Source: Flavobacterium sp. (GTDB lineage: Bacteria; Bacteroidota; Bacteroidia; Flavobacteriales; Flavobacteriaceae). From it: DNA of 64,000 nt. Position 1 is the stretch's first letter. The number at the start of each line of letters is the position of its first letter. Made by a program: the position numbers and the translations under genes. Shown here piece after piece: positions 45,046-56,448 of the stretch. The stretch covers positions 5,752 to 69,751 of the forward strand of contig JAGOAL010000002.1 in assembly GCA_017983975.1 (NCBI GenBank), written 5' to 3'. The notes beneath the pieces were generated by a model. It ran no database searches. It was not told the DNA's origin and saw nothing but the letters and a program-made list of their open reading frames with translations.

Positions 45046-46338
45046 TTAAGCATTCATTATCGCTTCAATTTCCTCAATTTCTATTGGAATATTGCGCATT
45101 AAATTAAATGCAGCTCCTGTAGATTGAATTACCATGTCGTCTTCTAAACGAATACCAAAACCTTCTTTTGGGATGTAAATTCCTGGTTCTACAGTGAATA
45201 CCATATTGGCTTGCATTGGTTCGTGTAATAATCCATAATCATGCGTATCTAATCCCATGTGGTGCGAAGTACCGTGCATGAAATATTTTTTATAGGCTGG
45301 CCAATCTGGATTTTCGTTTTGTACATCGGCTTTGTCAATCAATCCTAAACCTAATAATTCAGAAGTCATGATTTTACCAACTTCTACATGATATTGTTTC
45401 CATAAAGTTCCTGGCACCAATAGTTTAGTAGCTTCGTTTTTCACATTTAAAACTGCTTGATAAACCGCGCGTTGTCTATCGGTAAAACGACCCGAAACAG
45501 GAACCATACGCGTCATATCACTAGAATAATTCGCATATTCAGCACCAACGTCTAATAAAATTAAATCGCCAGCTTTACATTGTTGGTTGTTTTCAATATA
45601 ATGCAACACATTCGCGTTGTTACCTGAAGCAATAATGGGTGTGTAAGCAAAACCTTTCGAACGATTTCTTAAAAATTCATGCGAAAATTCAGCTTCAATT
45701 TCGTATTCCATTACGTTTGGTTTTACGAATTGTAACACACGACGAAATCCTTTTTCAGTAATATCACAGGCTTTTTGGATTAAGTCCAATTCTTCACTTT
45801 CTTTAACCGATCGTAATCTTTGTAAAATAGGATTTGATTTTTCTACTTTATGCGCCGGATAATTTTCCTTCCACCATTTAATAAATCTTGCTTCACGAGT
45901 TTCGGTTTCAATAACCGCTCTATAATGTTCGTTGGTGTTGATATAAATCGTTTCGGCATACGCCATAATTTCTTTCAACGTCTTGTGAAAATCTTGTAAC
46001 CAAATCACCGATTTAATTCCTGAAACTTCAAATGCACGTTCTTTGGTTAGTTTTTCACCTTCCCAAATAGCAATATGTTCATTCGTTTCTTTTAAGAATA
46101 AAATTTCTTTCAAATGTTCGTATGGTGCATCAGGGAAAAGCAATAAAATACTTTCTTCTTGATCCACACCCGATAAATATAAAATATCTCTGTGTTGTGC
46201 AAAAGGTAAAGTACTATCGGCACTTACAGGATAAATGTCATTTGAATTAAAAACCGCAACACTGTTTGGTTTCATTTGCGCCGTGAATTTTGATCTATTT
46301 TTAATATACAATTCGCGGTCGATTTGATGGTATTTCAT
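45046..46338 (-). CDS. pepP: Xaa-Pro aminopeptidase (M24B)
   Basis: LLDVGAEY..Y.SD.TR, HGTSHHMGLDTHD and TVEPGIY...GIRLEDD motifs. Confidence 0.9.
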   Translation of the reverse strand: MKYHQIDRELYIKNRSKFTAQMKPNSVAVFNSNDIYPVSADSTLPFAQHRDILYLSGVDQEESILLLFPDAPYEHLKEILFLKETNEHIAIWEGEKLTKERAFEVSGIKSVIWLQDFHKTLKEIMAYAETIYINTNEHYRAVIETETREARFIKWWKENYPAHKVEKSNPILQRLRSVKESEELDLIQKACDITEKGFRRVLQFVKPNVMEYEIEAEFSHEFLRNRSKGFAYTPIIASGNNANVLHYIENNQQCKAGDLILLDVGAEYANYSSDMTRMVPVSGRFTDRQRAVYQAVLNVKNEATKLLVPGTLWKQYHVEVGKIMTSELLGLGLIDKADVQNENPDWPAYKKYFMHGTSHHMGLDTHDYGLLHEPMQANMVFTVEPGIYIPKEGFGIRLEDDMVIQSTGAAFNLMRNIPIEIEEIEAIMNA

Positions 46339-46454
46339 AGTATGGAGAATTTTCAAGTACAAAATTAAAAAGATAAAAATGAAAAGATGTTAAAACCAAT
46401 AGAAATTTTGTAGAAGTCTATAGTTTTAGTTAATTTTCAAGAAAATTTTTCAAA

Positions 46455-49244
46455 ATGAAACAAATAACGATACTGTTTTTATTAATTGCGCAAGTTACAT
46501 TTGCTCAAAATTCCTTTTTTAATAAAGTAACAGCTAAAAATATTGGGCCAACAATCATGAGCGGTCGTGTGGTTGATGTTGCAGTAAATCCGAAAAATCC
46601 AACCGAATTTTATGTAGCGTATGCTTCAGGCGGACTTTGGTACACAAACAATAACGGAACTTCATTTGAGCCTGTAATGGACAGTGCCGAAACTATAAAC
46701 TGTGGTTCGGTATCAGTAGATTGGACTTCAGGAACCATTTGGGTGGGAACAGGTGAAGTGAATTCTTCTCGCTCCTCTTATGTTGGTGTTGGAGTTTTAA
46801 AATCTTCTGACAAAGGCAAAACGTGGCAAAATTTAGGGTTAAACGATTCACATCATATTAGCCGAATTTGGGTTAACCCAAGTAATTTGAATGAAATTGT
46901 AGTTTCGGCTGTAGGTCATTTATATACAACCAATAAAGAACGCGGTATATATAAGTCAACTGATGGTGGGAAATCTTGGAAACAAACTTTATTCATTTCA
47001 GAAGATACAGGAATTATTGATTTAGCAGTTTCAAAAAATAATCCAAAAATTATGTTTGCGGCGTCTTGGCAAAAAGATAGAAAAGCGTGGCATTTTGATG
47101 GTGATGGCGAAAAATCGGGTATTTATAAAAGTGAAGATGGCGGAACAACTTGGAAATTAATCACTTCAAAAGAAAGTGGATTTCCTTCGAATGAAGGTGT
47201 GGGAAGAATTGGCTTAGCTTTATTTAATGAAAATGTGATTTATGCCGTTGTCGACAATCAGAATAAACGACCAAAAGCGGTTTCAAAAAATAAGTTGCAA
47301 CTCATGCTTGCTTCACCGGGTGAGGATTTTCAAAATATAGATAATAAAGAGCTTAATAATGCCTTGAAAGAAAGTGGTTTTAGTGAAAAATACCGTGCCG
47401 AAAACATAAAAAAATGGGTAGAAAATGCAGGAACAAATGCAGTACTAGACCAACTTTTGGATGCCAACAAAGCCTTGTTTGAAACCGAAGTTATCGGTTG
47501 TGAAATCTATAAATCGGAAGATAGCGGAGTAACTTGGAAAAAAACAAACACGTCATATATCGATGATATGTATTATACGTATGGGTATTATTTTGCAAAT
47601 ATTTTGGTAGATGAATCTAATGAAAGCCGAGTATACATTGGCGGCGTTCCATTATTGTTTTCAGAAGATGGAGGTAAAACGTTTCAAGCTATTTCCAAAG
47701 AAAATGTGCATGCCGATCATCATGTAACTTGGATCAATCCTGAAAATTCGAATCACATTATTAATGGAAACGATGGCGGAATTAATATTTCATATGACAA
47801 TGGAGCGCATTGGATTAAATGTAATAATGAAGCTGTTGGTCAATTGTATGCGGTGAATGTTGATAATCAAGAAGAGTATCATATTTATGGCGGATTGCAG
47901 GATAATGGAGTGTGGTTTGGACCTAATGATTTTCAGCAAAATGTAGCTTGGCATCAAGAAGGAAATTATCCGTATAAAGAATTAATCGGTGGCGATGGTA
48001 TGCAAATTCAAATCGATAGTCGCAATCCAAATGTGGTTTTCACGGGGTACCAATTTGGGAATTATTACCGCATCAACCAAAAAGAAAATCAGTTTGATTT
48101 TATTTCGCCAAAAGCAGGAAAGGATGAAAAACCGTTGCGATACAATTGGCAAACGCCCATTTTACTTTCTTCGCACAATCAAGATATTTTATACATGGGA
48201 TCCCAATTTTTGCATCGTTCCATGGATCAAGGCAAATCGTGGGAAAAAATTTCAGATGATTTAACAAACGGGCCCAAAGAAGGAAATGTGGCTTTTGGAA
48301 CAATTACAACAATTTCGGAAAGTAAACTCCAATTTGGATTGCTATACGTGGGTTCTGACGATGGAAAAATTCAGGTTTCTAAAGATGGTGGCGCTTCATG
48401 GCAATTGATTTCTAGTCCCGAAAGTTCGGGATTACCTCAAAATTTATGGGTTTCACGAGTGGTAGCTTCTTCACACAAAAAAGAACGAGTTTTCATTACC
48501 TTGAATGGCTATCGAAATGACAATTTTGAAAGTTATGTCTTTGTTTCGGAAGATTTCGGAAACACTTGGACTGCTAGTTCCAATGGATTATCGCAGGCCG
48601 TAAATGTAATTATTGAAGATTCGGCTAACGAGAATATTTTATATGTTGGAACAGATAATGGATTGTTTATTTCTATTGACAAAGGTTCAACTTGGCAAAA
48701 CTTCTCTAATGGAATGCCAAAAGTAGCGGTGCATGATTTGAAAATTCAAGCCAAAGCAAAAGAACTAATTGTAGGAACACACGGGCGTTCAATTTACAAA
48801 ATAGACCTTTCGAAAGTGCAAGAATTAACAAAAGAAGTTTTAGCGAAAAATATCCATTTGTTTAAAGTGAACGATAGAATTAAATCGGATCGTTGGGGTA
48901 ATAAATCCTATGCATGGGAAGAAGCAAAATCGCCCTCACAAGAAATTTGGTACTATTCAAATGAAGATGGGATGGCTAAAATATCCATTTCTACCGAAAC
49001 CAATCGTTTGATTTATCAAGAGCAAATATCTGTTAAGAAAGGTTTAAATTCATTTACTTATACATATGAGCTCGCCAAAGAAGTTGCGGAAAAATGGAAT
49101 AAAAGTGATAAAAAAGTGGGTATAAAACCTGCAGAAAATAATGTTTATTATATATCTGTTGGAAAGTATAAACTATCAATCACAAAAGATGATTCCACTG
49201 CAACAAGCGACTTCGAAATTATTGCGCCAAAAAAGAATAAATAG
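46455..49244 (+). CDS. Exported BNR/Asp-box beta-propeller (VPS10/sortilin-like) protein
   Basis: IGP..MSGRV, repeated S.D.G.(T/S)W boxes, H.DHH, GGLQDNG and GTHGRS motifs. Confidence 0.85.
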   Translation: MKQITILFLLIAQVTFAQNSFFNKVTAKNIGPTIMSGRVVDVAVNPKNPTEFYVAYASGGLWYTNNNGTSFEPVMDSAETINCGSVSVDWTSGTIWVGTGEVNSSRSSYVGVGVLKSSDKGKTWQNLGLNDSHHISRIWVNPSNLNEIVVSAVGHLYTTNKERGIYKSTDGGKSWKQTLFISEDTGIIDLAVSKNNPKIMFAASWQKDRKAWHFDGDGEKSGIYKSEDGGTTWKLITSKESGFPSNEGVGRIGLALFNENVIYAVVDNQNKRPKAVSKNKLQLMLASPGEDFQNIDNKELNNALKESGFSEKYRAENIKKWVENAGTNAVLDQLLDANKALFETEVIGCEIYKSEDSGVTWKKTNTSYIDDMYYTYGYYFANILVDESNESRVYIGGVPLLFSEDGGKTFQAISKENVHADHHVTWINPENSNHIINGNDGGINISYDNGAHWIKCNNEAVGQLYAVNVDNQEEYHIYGGLQDNGVWFGPNDFQQNVAWHQEGNYPYKELIGGDGMQIQIDSRNPNVVFTGYQFGNYYRINQKENQFDFISPKAGKDEKPLRYNWQTPILLSSHNQDILYMGSQFLHRSMDQGKSWEKISDDLTNGPKEGNVAFGTITTISESKLQFGLLYVGSDDGKIQVSKDGGASWQLISSPESSGLPQNLWVSRVVASSHKKERVFITLNGYRNDNFESYVFVSEDFGNTWTASSNGLSQAVNVIIEDSANENILYVGTDNGLFISIDKGSTWQNFSNGMPKVAVHDLKIQAKAKELIVGTHGRSIYKIDLSKVQELTKEVLAKNIHLFKVNDRIKSDRWGNKSYAWEEAKSPSQEIWYYSNEDGMAKISISTETNRLIYQEQISVKKGLNSFTYTYELAKEVAEKWNKSDKKVGIKPAENNVYYISVGKYKLSITKDDSTATSDFEIIAPKKNK

Positions 49245-49532
49245 AATATTGATTGTCACCAAGAATTGTTTTATCGTTGATGTAATCACTTGATTTTTTG
49301 CATTAATAAATTAGTTTACGAGAAATTTTAAGCCCATTTAGTAGTGATATTCTATAAAAAAATCGCTAAAATGATATATATACTATAGAAATACTATTAT
49401 AACCTATTGATATTCAACAGAAGTTAAATTATTTTAAATTCATTATAAATTAGCCCTAAAAGGTTGTAGTTAATTTCAAATAGCTGTATTTTTGTTTTGA
49501 TTTTTATAAAACTATTACAATCAAATAAAATT

Positions 49533-50396
49533 ATGGCAAAATCAGCACTTTTAAAGTCATCTATCGCAAAAAAATATTGGATGGCTCTTACAGGTTTATT
49601 TTTATGCTTGTTTTTGGCAGGTCACTTAGCAGGAAATCTTCAATTGCTTGTTCCAAACAATGCTTTGAATTTTAATCAGTATGCCTTATTTATGACTTCC
49701 AATCCGGCAGTAAAATTACTTTCTTATTTAACGTACATTTCTATTTTATTCCATGCAATCGACGGAATATTATTAACGATTCAAAACAAAAAAGCAAGAC
49801 CTATTGGCTATGCTAAAACAGATGGTTCTTCAAGTAGTTTTGCTTCAAGAAACATGGCGGTTTTAGGAACTATTATTTTAGTTTTTATAGCGACTCATAT
49901 GGTGAATTTTTGGGCAAAAATGCATTTTGACAAAAACATGCCTATAATGACAAAAACCATTGAGGTGCAAGGGCAAAAACAAGTTTTTTATGTAGGAACT
50001 CAAGTAGGACAGTATTTTCCAGTAGATCAAGTTGCAAAAGAAGGTGAAAAGGCAGAACAAGCCATGATGCCAAAGCAATTTGTGATCAAAAACAGAACCG
50101 AATTATACTATAGTCAGGCAGATGTAAAAACAGCTGATTTATATAAAGACTTATACAAATTAACCGTAGCGTTTTTTAAAGATGCTAAATATGGATTGTA
50201 TTTTACAATTGGATATGTATTAGCTATGTTAGCTTTATCATTCCACTTATGGCATGGTTTTCAGAGTGCTTTCCAAACAATTGGTGTGAATAGTTCAAAA
50301 TTAACTCCAGTGATTAAGTTTTTTGGAAAAGCGTTTGCAATTATAGTACCGCTATTATTTGCAATTATTCCTCTTATATTACACTTTAAAAAATAA
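49533..50396 (+). CDS. sdhC: Succinate dehydrogenase/fumarate reductase cytochrome b subunit
   Basis: KK..MALTG, HLAGN, HAIDG and HL.HGFQSAFQT heme-His motifs; upstream of sdhA. Confidence 0.92.
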   Translation: MAKSALLKSSIAKKYWMALTGLFLCLFLAGHLAGNLQLLVPNNALNFNQYALFMTSNPAVKLLSYLTYISILFHAIDGILLTIQNKKARPIGYAKTDGSSSSFASRNMAVLGTIILVFIATHMVNFWAKMHFDKNMPIMTKTIEVQGQKQVFYVGTQVGQYFPVDQVAKEGEKAEQAMMPKQFVIKNRTELYYSQADVKTADLYKDLYKLTVAFFKDAKYGLYFTIGYVLAMLALSFHLWHGFQSAFQTIGVNSSKLTPVIKFFGKAFAIIVPLLFAIIPLILHFKK

Positions 50397-50414
50397 TCAA
50401 CATCAGTATATATT

Positions 50415-52424
50415 ATGAAGTTAGATTCTAAAATACCAGCGGGTCCATTAAAAGACAAATGGACCGATCATAAAAACCATTTGAAATTAGTTGCTCCAAA
50501 TAATAGACCAAAAATTGATATTATTGTAGTAGGAACTGGTTTAGCAGGAGCATCAGCAGCTGCTTCTCTTGGAGAAATGGGTTATAATGTAAAAGCATTT
50601 TGTTTTCAAGATTCTCCACGTCGCGCGCATTCAATTGCAGCTCAAGGAGGTATAAATGCTGCAAAAAATTACCAAAATGATGGTGACAGTGTGTACCGTC
50701 TTTTCTACGATACAATTAAAGGTGGTGACTACCGTGCACGTGAAGCAAACGTTCATCGTTTAGCCGAAGTTTCGGGAAATATCATTGACCAATGTGTAGC
50801 ACAAGGAGTTCCTTTTGCTCGCGAATATGGCGGAATGTTAGACAACCGTTCGTTTGGTGGAACACAAGTACAACGTACTTTTTACGCTGCCGGACAAACA
50901 GGTCAGCAATTATTATTAGGAGCCTACTCTGCTTTATCTAGACAAATCGGATTAGGTCGTGTAAAAATGTACAACCGTCACGAAATGTTAGACTTAGTTA
51001 AAGTTGATGGTAAAGCACGAGGAATTATTGCTCGTAACTTAGTAACTGGAGAAATCGAAAGACATTCGGCTCATGCGGTTGTTATTGCTTCTGGAGGTTA
51101 CGGAAACGTATATTTCCTATCTACAAACGCAATGGGAAGTAACGTAACAGCAGCTTGGAAAGTACACAAACAAGGTGCTTTATTTGCAAATCCTTGTTAT
51201 GTTCAAATTCACCCAACTTGTATTCCTGTTCATGGAACTAATCAAGCAAAATTAACCTTAATGTCTGAATCTTTAAGAAATTCAGGACGTATTTGGGTAC
51301 CAAAGAAAAAAGAAGATGCAGAAGCTATTCGTGCAGGAAAATTAAAACCAACACAATTAGCCGAAGAAGATAGAGATTACTATTTAGAAAGAAAATATCC
51401 AGCCTTTGGAAATTTAGTACCTCGTGACGTAGCTTCAAGAGCTGCTAAAGAAGTATGTGATGAAGGTAGAGGAATTGAAGAAAATGATACAAACGAAGGT
51501 GTTTACTTAGATTTCTCAACAGAGATTCAAACTAAAGGAAAACAAGCCGCTTTTGCTAAAGGAAATCATAATCCAACCCCAGAAGAAATTACTGCGCTTG
51601 GAAAACAATGGTTAGAAGAGAAATATGGTAACTTATTTACCATGTATCAAAAAATTACCGATGAAAACCCATATGAAACTCCAATGAAAATTTATCCAGC
51701 AGTGCATTATACTATGGGTGGTGTTTGGGTTGATTATAACTTACAATCTTCTATTCCTGGTTGTTTCGTTGCTGGTGAGGCAAATTTCTCTGATCATGGA
51801 GCAAATCGTTTAGGAGCTTCTGCATTAATGCAAGGTTTGGCCGATGGTTATTTCGTTTTACCTTACACGATCTCAAATTATTTAGCAGACGAAATCAGAA
51901 CGGGTAAAATTACTACTGATGCTCCAGAATTTGCTGAAGCTGAAGCTAGAGTAAAAGATTCAATCAGTAAATTCTTAAACAATAAAGGTTCTAAATCGGT
52001 AGATTATTTCCATAAAAAATTAGGTTTGATTATGTGGAATAAAGTAGGAATGGGACGTAATGAAAAAGGGTTAACAGAAGCAATCGCTGAAATAGCTCAA
52101 TTAAAAGAAGATTTCTACAAAGACGTAAATGTCCCAGGAAGCAATGACGAGTTGAATCCTCAACTTGAAAAAGCTTTACGTGTTGCAGATTTAATTGATT
52201 TAGGTCAGTTAATGGCAATGGATGCTTTACAACGAAAAGAATCTTGTGGAGGTCATTTCCGTGAAGAATACCAAGATGCTGAAGGCGAAACACTTCGTGA
52301 TGATGAGAATTTCTCATTCGTAGGAGCTTGGGAATACAAAGGAGACGATATTACAAAAGAAGAACTTCATAAAGAAGAATTGAAATACGAGTTTATAAAA
52401 ATAGCAGCTAGAAATTACAAATAA
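50415..52424 (+). CDS. sdhA: Succinate dehydrogenase/fumarate reductase flavoprotein subunit
   Basis: [31 protein letters not shown] and HGANRLG motifs. Confidence 0.97.
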   Translation: MKLDSKIPAGPLKDKWTDHKNHLKLVAPNNRPKIDIIVVGTGLAGASAAASLGEMGYNVKAFCFQDSPRRAHSIAAQGGINAAKNYQNDGDSVYRLFYDTIKGGDYRAREANVHRLAEVSGNIIDQCVAQGVPFAREYGGMLDNRSFGGTQVQRTFYAAGQTGQQLLLGAYSALSRQIGLGRVKMYNRHEMLDLVKVDGKARGIIARNLVTGEIERHSAHAVVIASGGYGNVYFLSTNAMGSNVTAAWKVHKQGALFANPCYVQIHPTCIPVHGTNQAKLTLMSESLRNSGRIWVPKKKEDAEAIRAGKLKPTQLAEEDRDYYLERKYPAFGNLVPRDVASRAAKEVCDEGRGIEENDTNEGVYLDFSTEIQTKGKQAAFAKGNHNPTPEEITALGKQWLEEKYGNLFTMYQKITDENPYETPMKIYPAVHYTMGGVWVDYNLQSSIPGCFVAGEANFSDHGANRLGASALMQGLADGYFVLPYTISNYLADEIRTGKITTDAPEFAEAEARVKDSISKFLNNKGSKSVDYFHKKLGLIMWNKVGMGRNEKGLTEAIAEIAQLKEDFYKDVNVPGSNDELNPQLEKALRVADLIDLGQLMAMDALQRKESCGGHFREEYQDAEGETLRDDENFSFVGAWEYKGDDITKEELHKEELKYEFIKIAARNYK

Positions 52425-52430
52425 AATAGT

Positions 52431-53192
52431 ATGAGTGCAGCAAAAAATATCAATATAAACCTTAAAATTTGGCGTCAAAAAAATGCTAATTCTAAAGGGA
52501 GCATGGAAACTTATAAATTAGATAATGTTTCTACTGCAAGTTCGTTTTTGGAAATGTTAGACCAATTAAATGAACAATTAATAAACGAAAATATAGAACC
52601 AGTAGCTTTTGATCACGATTGTCGTGAAGGTATTTGCGGAATGTGTTCTTTATACATAAATGGACGTGCTCACGGACCAGATACCGGAATTACTACCTGT
52701 CAGTTGCACATGAGAATGTTCAATGATGGCGATACTATTTACATCGAACCATGGAGAAGTAAAGCGTTTCCAGTAATCAAAGATTTAGTAGTAGATAGAA
52801 GTGCTTTCGATAGAATTCAACAAGCAGGGGGGTTTGTATCGGTTAATACTTCTGGAAATACTATTGATGCTAACTCAATTCCAGTTCCTAAAGATGATGC
52901 AGACAAAGCGTTTATGGCGGCTGCATGTATCGGATGTGGTGCTTGTGTAGCAACTTGTAAAAACGGTTCTGCAATGTTATTCGTAGGTGCAAAAGTTTCA
53001 CAATATGCATTATTACCGCAAGGAAAAGTTGAAGCTACAAATCGTGTGTTAAATATGGTGCGTCAAATGGACGAAGAAGGATTCGGAAATTGTACCAATA
53101 CTGGAGCATGTGAAATCGAATGTCCAAAAGGAATTTCGTTAGAAAACATCGCTCGTATGAACAGAGAATTTTTAAAAGCATCTGTGAAATAA
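52431..53192 (+). CDS. sdhB: Succinate dehydrogenase/fumarate reductase Fe-S subunit
   Basis: [16 protein letters not shown]...C and C.....C...CP motifs. Confidence 0.97.
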   Translation: MSAAKNININLKIWRQKNANSKGSMETYKLDNVSTASSFLEMLDQLNEQLINENIEPVAFDHDCREGICGMCSLYINGRAHGPDTGITTCQLHMRMFNDGDTIYIEPWRSKAFPVIKDLVVDRSAFDRIQQAGGFVSVNTSGNTIDANSIPVPKDDADKAFMAAACIGCGACVATCKNGSAMLFVGAKVSQYALLPQGKVEATNRVLNMVRQMDEEGFGNCTNTGACEIECPKGISLENIARMNREFLKASVK

Positions 53193-53214
53193 TTCACAGA
53201 AACTTCAAAATAAT

Positions 53215-53249
53215 AAAAACGCATTCATTCATTTGGATGCGTTTTTTTT
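53215..53249 (+). terminator. sdh operon terminator
   Basis: AAAAACGCATTCA/TGGATGCGTTTTT plus T run. Confidence 0.8.
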
Positions 53250-53274
53250 GTACTTTTAATCAAATTAGAATCCA

Positions 53275-54039
53275 ATGAAAATCGCGCTTTTTCAAACCAA
53301 ATTAGCTTGGGAAAATCCAACAGTGAATAGAAAATTTATTCAAGATTATTTTTTGAATGAAGACGAATCGTTTGATTTATTTATTTTACCCGAAATGTTT
53401 ACTTCAGGATTTACCATGCATCTGCATAACGTAGCGGAATCAATGGACGGACCTACTATGACTTGGTTGAAAGAATTAGCGATGCAAAAGAAATGCGCTA
53501 TTACCGGAAGTTTAGTGATTATAGAAAATGATAATTTTTATAATCGTTTGGTTTTTGTATTTCCATCGGGGGAAGTTGCATATTATAACAAACGACATTT
53601 ATTTGCCCTTGCTGGCGAAGATAAAGCCTACACTAAAGGCGAAGACAAAGTAATAGTAAAGTATAACAATTGGAATATTTGTCTTCAAATTTGCTACGAT
53701 TTGCGTTTTCCGGTTTTTGTCCGAAATGTAGAAAATTACGATATGTTATTGTATGTGGCTAATTGGCCAAAACCTCGAATTAATGCATGGGATGCGCTTT
53801 TAAAAGCACGCGCCATTGAAAACATGTGTTATACCATAGGCGTCAATAGAATAGGCGAAGATGCAAACGGATTAGACTATCCAGGCCATTCAAAAGTATT
53901 TGATTTTATGGGTAATGAACAGTTAAATTGCCAAAATGAATTAGGAATTTTTTATTGTGAGTTAGATAAAAACACGCAAATTTCGACCCGAGAACAATTC
54001 AATTTTTTGAAGGATAAAGATCAATTTAAATTACTCTAA
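53275..54039 (+). CDS. Nitrilase-family omega-amidase (YafV-like)
   Basis: LPEMF, Y.KRHLF, ICYDLRFP and ARAIEN motifs. Confidence 0.9.
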   Translation: MKIALFQTKLAWENPTVNRKFIQDYFLNEDESFDLFILPEMFTSGFTMHLHNVAESMDGPTMTWLKELAMQKKCAITGSLVIIENDNFYNRLVFVFPSGEVAYYNKRHLFALAGEDKAYTKGEDKVIVKYNNWNICLQICYDLRFPVFVRNVENYDMLLYVANWPKPRINAWDALLKARAIENMCYTIGVNRIGEDANGLDYPGHSKVFDFMGNEQLNCQNELGIFYCELDKNTQISTREQFNFLKDKDQFKLL

Positions 54040-55635
54040 ACCAAAATCTTGTTCAACATCCCAGTTGGCTCTAACGTCGATTTGTTTAGGATAATAAATA
54101 ATTTCTTCGGCTTGTTTTTTTGCCAAATAATCGCCTGTGTCCCAAAAACCATTGGCATTGTCATCATAAATAACCCGTAAAGTATATTGTTTAGGCTCAA
54201 TGGTTTCAAAAATCAGCGCTGTTTCTTTTTGCGATATTTTAGAATACATTACATCTCCTTTTTCATCAAGGATTTCTAAAATTAAAGGAAATCGTTTTGC
54301 TCCCGATAGGTTAACTTTTAAATTCCCATAATCAGAAATAAGTTTAGTTCTTACATCAAATTGCAAAGAGTCATTTTTAGTTTCATAAAAATCGGTAAAC
54401 GCTTCGGGTAAGATTTCTAAAGTATATTTCTGTTCCTCTTCCTTCTTGAAATCAAAACTAATTTCTTGATTAAAATCATCATAACTTGAAGTAAAGTTAA
54501 CAGCAACTGAATCTTTATTTCTTAGGGTTATTTTAGAATTATCAATAGATATAATAGGCATTGAACTCTTTAAAATAAATTGTTCTCTAAAAGACAAAGT
54601 GCCTTGAGTTTTGGCGTCTATTTTTAGGCTATCACTTTCTTTAAGACTTTTTAATTTTGATGTAAATGATTTTGAATACGTTTCATTTTCTACTAATATT
54701 TCTAATGAATCTAATTCCATTTTTGGAAAAAATAGTTGGACAGAATCTTTCTCTTTTTCTGGAAATTTAGCCATTTTTATAGGAATATTTTTATTTCCTT
54801 TTTTGGCTGATACTTTTAAGTTTTTAGGATTGCCTTCATAACCCATAAAGAGTTTGTTGTTGCTTTCTTGAGTAGGTTTAAATGCTTTAAATATAGGTTT
54901 TTCGGCAAATAATTCCAATTCATAGGCGGTCGAAGTAGGTAATGTTATCGGTTCGTTTAAAAAACCAATTTTATCGCTTTTTGGGTCAAATTTATTATTC
55001 CCAGATTTGTCCTTTAATGCAATAATTTGATAGGAACCTTCTTTTAAATTTTCAAGTGAAAACAGTTTTAGACTATCTAAAGTATTGGTTACATATAAAG
55101 GGGTTTCTTTATAAACAGTTGAATCGGTAAACGTTTTAGCATCATACAAAAGAACGCTCACAAAATTATCTGGTTTTTGATTATAAGCATCTTTTATTTT
55201 TCCTACAACTGTCAAAGAATCAATATAATTTCCGGTAGAAAAAACATATTTAAATTGCGAATACGGATTGTTTTCATTGTTATCCGATATGCTTTGGCCA
55301 AAATTAAAACTATAAGTAGTATTATCTTGTAATGTATCTAATAATTTTATGGAAATAAATTTACTAGCACTTCCTTGCGGAACAATTATAGGTTGTTTTT
55401 TTAAAGGCGGTGAAATGATCAATTGCTTAGTAATGTCTTTCACTTTGATTAATTCGTTGAAATTAATTTTTATTTCAGATCCTTTAAAATTTGTACTAAA
55501 GTTCTCCGGCAAACTTCCTACAATTTTTGGCGCAATAGTGTCCTTTGGCCCACCAGTAATCGTGCCTCTTTTAGCGCAATTTGTAAAAAAAATAGCTACT
55601 ACAAAAAGGAATATAATATGTTTTAATTTTATCAT
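54031..55635 (-). CDS. Ig-like (Big_5) domain lipoprotein
   Basis: Lipobox TNC, then CA..G...GGPKD..AP, F.E.I, NTTY..NFG.SI.DNNE and D.N.NG.WDTG motifs. Confidence 0.8.
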   Translation of the reverse strand: MIKLKHIIFLFVVAIFFTNCAKRGTITGGPKDTIAPKIVGSLPENFSTNFKGSEIKINFNELIKVKDITKQLIISPPLKKQPIIVPQGSASKFISIKLLDTLQDNTTYSFNFGQSISDNNENNPYSQFKYVFSTGNYIDSLTVVGKIKDAYNQKPDNFVSVLLYDAKTFTDSTVYKETPLYVTNTLDSLKLFSLENLKEGSYQIIALKDKSGNNKFDPKSDKIGFLNEPITLPTSTAYELELFAEKPIFKAFKPTQESNNKLFMGYEGNPKNLKVSAKKGNKNIPIKMAKFPEKEKDSVQLFFPKMELDSLEILVENETYSKSFTSKLKSLKESDSLKIDAKTQGTLSFREQFILKSSMPIISIDNSKITLRNKDSVAVNFTSSYDDFNQEISFDFKKEEEQKYTLEILPEAFTDFYETKNDSLQFDVRTKLISDYGNLKVNLSGAKRFPLILEILDEKGDVMYSKISQKETALIFETIEPKQYTLRVIYDDNANGFWDTGDYLAKKQAEEIIYYPKQIDVRANWDVEQDFGLE

Positions 55636-55702
55636 TTTCAAAAAATAAGAAGGTACAAAATAACAACTATAATTCAAGTAAACATACAAATTTTAGTAAT
55701 TT

Positions 55703-56386
55703 TTAAGAATCAGTGTATGCAATAGTAAGGATGCTAATTTTTACATTCGGAATTTTTAATAGTGCTCTTGCGCAGGCTTCAAGCGTTGCGCCCGATGTAA
55801 TTACGTCATCTACTAATAAAAAATGCTTTCCATGATCGGCAGAAGTAAAAGAAACATCAAAGAGTGTATTAGTAATTTCAGATCGGGCTTCTTTACTTTT
55901 TTTTGTTTGTGTTTTCGAATACATTTTTCGATACAAAAGTTGATCGTTTATTTCGATTCCTAAGTTTTGCGATAAGGCTACACAAAAAGTGGTTACTTGA
56001 TTATAGCCTCGTTCTTTAAACCTTTTTTTATGAAGCGGCACCGGAATTATTGCCGAAAAATGATGCTCTTTTGCAACTTCATTTAGGTCATTTGCATACC
56101 AATTTCCTAACAGCGTACCAATTTCTGGCCGATTTTTATACTTTAAATGGTGAATAAGATTTTGAACGATTCCGTCTTTATGAAAATAAAGCATTGCACT
56201 ACAAAATTCAACCGGAATAATTCCATAAAATTTTTTTGAGATGTAGTTATTGTTCATTAAATGATGCTGGGTTAGCGGCAATTCATGACGGCAATGAGCA
56301 CAAATTAAAATTTCATTTTCCAACAAAAGTGAATTGCAGCCAGTGCATAATTTCGGAAAAAGCAAGTTTATCAGGTTTTTCAGCAT
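55703..56386 (-). CDS. comF: ComF-family phosphoribosyltransferase-like protein
   Basis: C..C...C..C zinc ribbon, VPLH..R..ERGYNQ and LVDDVITSGAT motifs. Confidence 0.9.
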   Translation of the reverse strand: MLKNLINLLFPKLCTGCNSLLLENEILICAHCRHELPLTQHHLMNNNYISKKFYGIIPVEFCSAMLYFHKDGIVQNLIHHLKYKNRPEIGTLLGNWYANDLNEVAKEHHFSAIIPVPLHKKRFKERGYNQVTTFCVALSQNLGIEINDQLLYRKMYSKTQTKKSKEARSEITNTLFDVSFTSADHGKHFLLVDDVITSGATLEACARALLKIPNVKISILTIAYTDS

Positions 56387-56448
56387 TTTGTCGGTTTATT
56401 AAAATAAAATTAATTAATTTGAATACTTTTGCAGTATAATAGTAGGGT

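Noticed and set aside
49432-49450. Possible iron-regulator box (TTTAAA-N5-TATAAA) upstream of sdhC
   Set aside because: Several mismatches in near-pure AT sequence; cannot be distinguished from background.
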